From Deltaproteobacteria bacterium (GTDB taxonomy: Bacteria; Myxococcota_A; SURF-8), in contig JAKQSH010000367.1 in NCBI GenBank assembly GCA_029570245.1, positions 1-47,665 on the forward strand: a stretch of DNA of 47,665 nucleotides, written 5' to 3'. The notes under the pieces are model-generated. The model did no database searches. It had not been told where the DNA came from and saw only the letters and a program-made list of their open reading frames with translations. Below, one piece after another: positions 43,585 through 47,665 of this stretch. A program made the translations under genes and the position numbers. Every line of letters starts with the position of its first letter. Within the stretch, counting starts at the first letter, position 1.

Positions 43585-44403
43585 CTATTCGGCCAGACGG
43601 TTCCACAAAAACAGGTTGTCCGGCACCTGATCACGCTTTTTAAGCAGCTCTGCGGCGATCTTCTTCAATTCGCGCGAAGCGCCGGAGCTGGGAAATTTCT
43701 CGACAAACGGCACCTGGCTGTTTACGGCTTCATGCACTTTTTCGTCGCGCGGCATGAAACCCAGAAAATCTATGGCGACTTCAATGAAGTTGTCTGCGAT
43801 ATCGCACAGCGTCTGATAAACCGAAAGCGCATTCTGCTCACTTGCAGCCTGGTTGACTACAAGCTGAAAGCGCTTCACCGCATATTGACGGTTCAGAACT
43901 TTAATGATGGCATAGGCGTCGGCCAGCGATGTAGGTTCGGGCGTGGCGATTATGATGATGTAAGAAGCCGCCGATGCGAAATAGAGCACATGCGACGAAA
44001 TGCCGGCTGCCGTGTCGATGAGGATTATATCGTATTTGTCCGAAAGAGTTTCGAGTTGCGCCACAACCTGCGACTGCTCTTCGGGTTTAAGATCGGCCAT
44101 GGCCGAAATGCCGGAAGCCGCAGGCAGAATGCGTATGCCGCCGGGTCCGTTGGTTATTACCTCTTCGATGGTTTTCTCGCCCGAAATCAGATGCGAAAAA
44201 TTGAATTTCGGCCGGATATTGAAAAGGATGTCCACGTTGGCCAGACCAAGGTCGCCGTCTATGATGAGCGTGCGTTTGCCGTGGTTGACGAATTCAACTC
44301 CAAGATTGACGCAGAGGTTTGTTTTTCCCACTCCACCCTTGCCGGATGTGACGGCTACCACCAGGGGAGCTTTGCGTCTGGCGACTGTGCCGGAACTGCT
44401 CAA
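43585..44403 (-). CDS. flhG: Flagellar number/placement ATPase FlhG (MinD-like, FleN/YlxH)
   Basis: TTG start with SD AAGGAGA. Deviant Walker A VTSGKGGVGKTN, and IILIDTAAG. It sits between flhF and fliA. Confidence 0.85.
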   Translation of the reverse strand: MSSSGTVARRKAPLVVAVTSGKGGVGKTNLCVNLGVEFVNHGKRTLIIDGDLGLANVDILFNIRPKFNFSHLISGEKTIEEVITNGPGGIRILPAASGISAMADLKPEEQSQVVAQLETLSDKYDIILIDTAAGISSHVLYFASAASYIIIIATPEPTSLADAYAIIKVLNRQYAVKRFQLVVNQAASEQNALSVYQTLCDIADNFIEVAIDFLGFMPRDEKVHEAVNSQVPFVEKFPSSGASRELKKIAAELLKKRDQVPDNLFLWNRLAE

Positions 44404-44464
44404 GATTTCATCTCCTTAATAAAGTATCCGAATGATTAATATCCTTCTTAATCATGCAATATTA

Positions 44465-45685
44465 TTACATCAAAAGCAATTCCGCCAGTTTCGAACTGCT
44501 GGCTGTCAGAAGATCGTCGGGCACACGCTGTCCGACTCCGAAGTATGAAAACGGTTTTTCGGACTGGAAGTACGTATTCAACAGCCCGCCGTATGTCAGA
44601 CTTTCGTCGAGTTTGGTGAAAATGAGATTCGAGAAGCCGCGTCCCAGATAAATTTCTGTAAAAGCCTGCAGATCACGTTCTTTGGTGTTGGCCGAAAGCA
44701 CCAGATGTTTTTCAAGATCGGGAACGACTGAAATCATGGTGAAAAGCCTGTCCATGGCGGCCTGATCGTGCGGATTCTGCCCGGCGGTGTCGATAAGAAT
44801 GACCTGCTTGGAAGAAAGCACGCGATGAACCTTGCGCAGTTCGAGGTCGTTGGTCGCCATCAGCAGCGGAACGTCGATGGTGGTGGCGAATTTGCGCAGC
44901 TGATCGACCGCGCCGACACGGAAGTTATCCAGCACGATAAGACCAACAGAAACCTCCCTTGCCGTAAGTTCCGTTGCGATTTTGGCGATGGTGGTCGTTT
45001 TTCCGACGCCGGTCGGACCGATCAGCGCCACATTGCGTTTTCTGCCGCGCTTGAGTCCCACCAGAGCGCCGTCACAACGCACATTGCTGTTTATAAGCCC
45101 CGCCAGATACTCGCGCACGCGCTCGCGATTGCCCAGTTGTGAAGGCTTGAAGCGCCGCGAAACACGCCAGATCATTTCGGAGGTGATTTCACGGTTGACG
45201 CCGATGTCCAGAAAATAACGCGCCAGATCGCGCAGTTCGTCCGAGAGTTCTCCGTCTTCGGGAGCGGTGCCCTCCAGATCGTCAACCAGCAGATCGGTAA
45301 GCTCCAGCGCCTCTGCCGCAGGCGGCGAAGGCGGTTCGCGGTATTCGGGCTGCGCAGGCAGCACACTCCGAGCTCTGGACGGCCTGGGTTCGGGGTGCGG
45401 AGCCGGACGCGGAGGAGTGTATTCAACTCCGGTGACTTTCGAATGACCGGCATAAAGCCGTTCAAGAATTTTCTCCGGCGAAAGCTTCAGTTGCGGCTCG
45501 TTCTGCACCGGAACGTCGTCCTCTTCTTCGGGCGGCATGGCGGTGACTTCAAAACGCTTCGAACGCGGGACGGTGGGCCCCTTGTTTTCGTTGACGCTGA
45601 TAATCATGGCTTTCGAGCCCAGTTCCGCCTTGATTCTGCTCAGGCATTCACTGACGGTTTCGGCCTGATACTGTCTGATCTCCAT
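44465..45685 (-). CDS. flhF: Flagellar biosynthesis SRP-type GTPase FlhF
   Basis: G1 is ALIGPTGVGKTTTIAKIA, G3 is LIDTAGQ, and ...FTKLDES (TKxD). A proline-rich linker lies in the N-terminal half. It follows flhA. Confidence 0.9.
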   Translation of the reverse strand: MEIRQYQAETVSECLSRIKAELGSKAMIISVNENKGPTVPRSKRFEVTAMPPEEEDDVPVQNEPQLKLSPEKILERLYAGHSKVTGVEYTPPRPAPHPEPRPSRARSVLPAQPEYREPPSPPAAEALELTDLLVDDLEGTAPEDGELSDELRDLARYFLDIGVNREITSEMIWRVSRRFKPSQLGNRERVREYLAGLINSNVRCDGALVGLKRGRKRNVALIGPTGVGKTTTIAKIATELTAREVSVGLIVLDNFRVGAVDQLRKFATTIDVPLLMATNDLELRKVHRVLSSKQVILIDTAGQNPHDQAAMDRLFTMISVVPDLEKHLVLSANTKERDLQAFTEIYLGRGFSNLIFTKLDESLTYGGLLNTYFQSEKPFSYFGVGQRVPDDLLTASSSKLAELLLM

Positions 45686-45695
45686 GTTTTTCTCC

Positions 45696-47665
45696 TCAGA
45701 TGGCTACCGTTCCAACGAGTTTTATTTCTACGCCCGGATCGACTTCGCGGTGAGAAATGACCGCCAGATCGGGCATGAATCTTGTTACAAAATTACGGAT
45801 GGCGCGGCGGATTTCGGGCGACACCAGCAGCACCGGAGTGCCCGCGCCCAGACTGGCTTCCTGAATGCGTTTTTCAAGGCCGTTGAGTATGCGATGGGCC
45901 TGGTCCGGCGACAGCGCGGCCTGAATGTCGTCGTTTTCGAACTGCTGCGAGCTTCTGAAAATGTCTTCGATGCTGCGGTCGAAGGTGATTGCATAAATGC
46001 GGTTGTCGTGGGCTTTGAACTGCCCGGTTATGGAACGCGCCTGCCGCTGGCGCACCAGCTCGGTCAGAACTTCCGGGTTGCGCGTCTGCCCGACATAATC
46101 GGCTATGGTTTCGATTATGCCGCGCAGGTCGCGGATGGAGATGTTCTCTTTAAGCAGGTTTTTCACCACCCGCAGCAGTTCTCCCATGGAAAAGCGTTCG
46201 GGTATGAGTTCTTCAACCAGCTTGCCGTTATGTTTTGACAGAATATCAAGCAGCTGCTGCAACTCCTGACGGCCAACCAGTTCGTGTGCATGCTTCTTGA
46301 TAAGCTCCGAAAGATGCGTGGCTATTACCGTAGAGCCGTCAACCACGGTATACCCCAGCGCCTCGGCGCGTTCGCGGTTGGCCTCGCTGATCCAGCGCGC
46401 CGGCAGCCCGAAGGCCGGTTCTATGGTATCGACGCCTTCGATTTCCTTGTCCACGTCACCCGGATTCATGGCCAGAAAACGATCTTTCATTACGGAATGA
46501 GAAGCTATTTCCATGCCGCGCAAAAGCACACGATAGCTCGACGGAGCCAGTTGCAGATTGTCACGGATATGCACCGGCGGCACGATGATGCCCAGCGATG
46601 CGGCGAACTGGCGCCGCAGTGCGGTTATGCGTTCAAGCAGTTCGCCGCCGCGATTGCGGTCAACCAGCCCGATGAGGTCGTAACCGACTTCGATGCTTAA
46701 GAGGTCGATCTGAAGCATCTGCTCGATGCGCTCTGCTTCCAGCTCGTGCGGAGGAACAGCCGCAGCGCCGCTTTCCGCAGCGCCGGTGCCGTCTTTTGCC
46801 GAACCTTCAAGGCTTTCCTCGGCAGACGGCATGTTTTTACGGCTGAAATACGCAGCGGTAATCATCACCGCCGAGAGCATGAGGAAAATTATGGTCGGCA
46901 TGCCTGGCATGAGCGCCAGCAGAGCAAGAACGACGCCGACCACCATAAGCGCACGCCAGTATGCGAAAAGCTGCCTGAAAACATCTTCGCCCATATGAAC
47001 TTCGGTTGTGGTGCGCGTAATTACGATACCGGCGGCGGTTGAAATGACCAGGGCGGGAATCTGCGACACCAGACCGTCGCCGACCGTCAGAATGGTATAT
47101 GTGGCGGCGGCATTGGCGACCGGCAGCCCCTGCTGGGCCACTCCTATGATGAAACCGCCGACAATGTTAATGGCGGTAATGATAAGTCCGGCTATGGCGT
47201 CGCCGCGCACGAACTTGGATGCACCGTCCATGGCGCCGTAAAAATCGGCCTCGTGTTCAATTTCACGGCGACGGGCTCTGGCCTGGTCTTCGCGGATGAT
47301 TCCTGCATTAAGATCGGCGTCTATGGCCATCTGTTTTCCGGGCATGGAATCCAGCACAAAGCGTGCGCCGACTTCGGCCACGCGTGTAGCGCCTTTTGTA
47401 ATAACTACAAAGTTGATTGCAATGAGAATCAGAAAGATGATGATTCCAACTACAAAGTTACCTCCGACAACGAACTGTCCGAAAGATTTTATGACGTCTC
47501 CGGCAGCGTCTTCTCCGGTGTGTCCCTGAAGCAGAATAAGACGCGTCGAGGCTACGTTAAGGCCCAGACGGAAAAGAGTTATTATGAGCAGAATGCTGGG
47601 AAACACCGAGAATTCCAGCGGTTTCTTGACGTATATCGAATCCAGCAGAATCACCAGGCCTATGG
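45696..47665 (-). CDS. flhA: Flagellar type III export gate protein FlhA. The 5' end lies beyond the right edge of the window.
   Basis: ...IGLVILLDSIYVKKPLEFSVFPSILLIITLFRLGLNVASTRLIL..., FVVITKGATRVAEVGARFVLDSMPGKQMAIDADLNAG, and FYGAMDGASKFVRGDAIAG. The M at 47654 in the track is an internal GTG (Val), and the reading frame stays open to 47665. Confidence 0.95.
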   Translation of the reverse strand, partial: IGLVILLDSIYVKKPLEFSVFPSILLIITLFRLGLNVASTRLILLQGHTGEDAAGDVIKSFGQFVVGGNFVVGIIIFLILIAINFVVITKGATRVAEVGARFVLDSMPGKQMAIDADLNAGIIREDQARARRREIEHEADFYGAMDGASKFVRGDAIAGLIITAINIVGGFIIGVAQQGLPVANAAATYTILTVGDGLVSQIPALVISTAAGIVITRTTTEVHMGEDVFRQLFAYWRALMVVGVVLALLALMPGMPTIIFLMLSAVMITAAYFSRKNMPSAEESLEGSAKDGTGAAESGAAAVPPHELEAERIEQMLQIDLLSIEVGYDLIGLVDRNRGGELLERITALRRQFAASLGIIVPPVHIRDNLQLAPSSYRVLLRGMEIASHSVMKDRFLAMNPGDVDKEIEGVDTIEPAFGLPARWISEANRERAEALGYTVVDGSTVIATHLSELIKKHAHELVGRQELQQLLDILSKHNGKLVEELIPERFSMGELLRVVKNLLKENISIRDLRGIIETIADYVGQTRNPEVLTELVRQRQARSITGQFKAHDNRIYAITFDRSIEDIFRSSQQFENDDIQAALSPDQAHRILNGLEKRIQEASLGAGTPVLLVSPEIRRAIRNFVTRFMPDLAVISHREVDPGVEIKLVGTVAI

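Noticed and set aside
1-47665. tRNA, rRNA, tmRNA, RNase P, SRP RNA or known riboswitch signatures
   Set aside because: By eye I found no T-loop GGTTCGAATCC-type motif, no RNase P GAGGAAAGTCC box, and no recognisable riboswitch cores in the long spacers. This is a weak negative, because covariance-model scanning could not be run.

Overview
This 47.7-kb chromosomal segment holds about 40 genes and comes from a flagellated diderm bacterium with anaerobic traits. The annotation was done by eye from the sequence and the ORF track only, with no database searches. All family names are motif-level recognitions. No rRNA, tRNA, CRISPR array, transposase or integrase was seen. Housekeeping and metabolic content, left to right: (1) a partial lipoprotein gene missing from the ORF track (1..756, minus strand); (2) a three-gene SPFH (HflK/HflC-like) operon whose first member is fused to a CDF-type metal-transporter membrane domain; (3) a group-IV PLP ornithine/lysine-type decarboxylase, an alpha/beta hydrolase, a peroxiredoxin and an outer-membrane porin; (4) several secreted lipoprotein hydrolases (PHP/CehA-like, S33 peptidase-like, FG-GAP/ASPIC, S1 protease) that share an unusual lipobox plus acidic tether N-terminus; (5) a CoA-transferase; (6) the def-fmt-rsmB translation cluster with a LON-N-domain protein and an MBL hydrolase; (7) a CheY-like receiver, a fused NuoE-NuoF subunit and a HydA [FeFe]-hydrogenase operon whose catalytic subunit reads TSCSPGW instead of the canonical TSCCPxW; (8) a ferritin-like protein; (9) two radical-SAM genes, one SPASM-type divergent from the Cys-rich protease and one coupled to a methyltransferase; (10) an alpha/beta hydrolase with a histone-H1/PhaF-like lysine-alanine tail; (11) a polyprenyl glycosylphosphotransferase, PhaR and a HAD phosphatase; (12) the flagellar flhA-flhF-flhG-fliA cluster. 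Two small, visibly AT-richer insertions look like accessory immunity modules and are the best candidates for something new. The first is a translationally coupled ABC/AAA_21-type ATPase plus DUF4276 (Toprim-like) pair at 16395..18123, in effect a split OLD-family nuclease analogous to PARIS and AbiL. The second is an Abi_2/AbiF-type HEPN gene (about 41819..42733) wedged against the 3' end of fliA. It is preceded by duplicated near-consensus promoters, a roughly 60-nt structured RNA with a cUUCGg hairpin, and a U-run terminator that abuts the CDS. That layout resembles a type III toxin-antitoxin locus.
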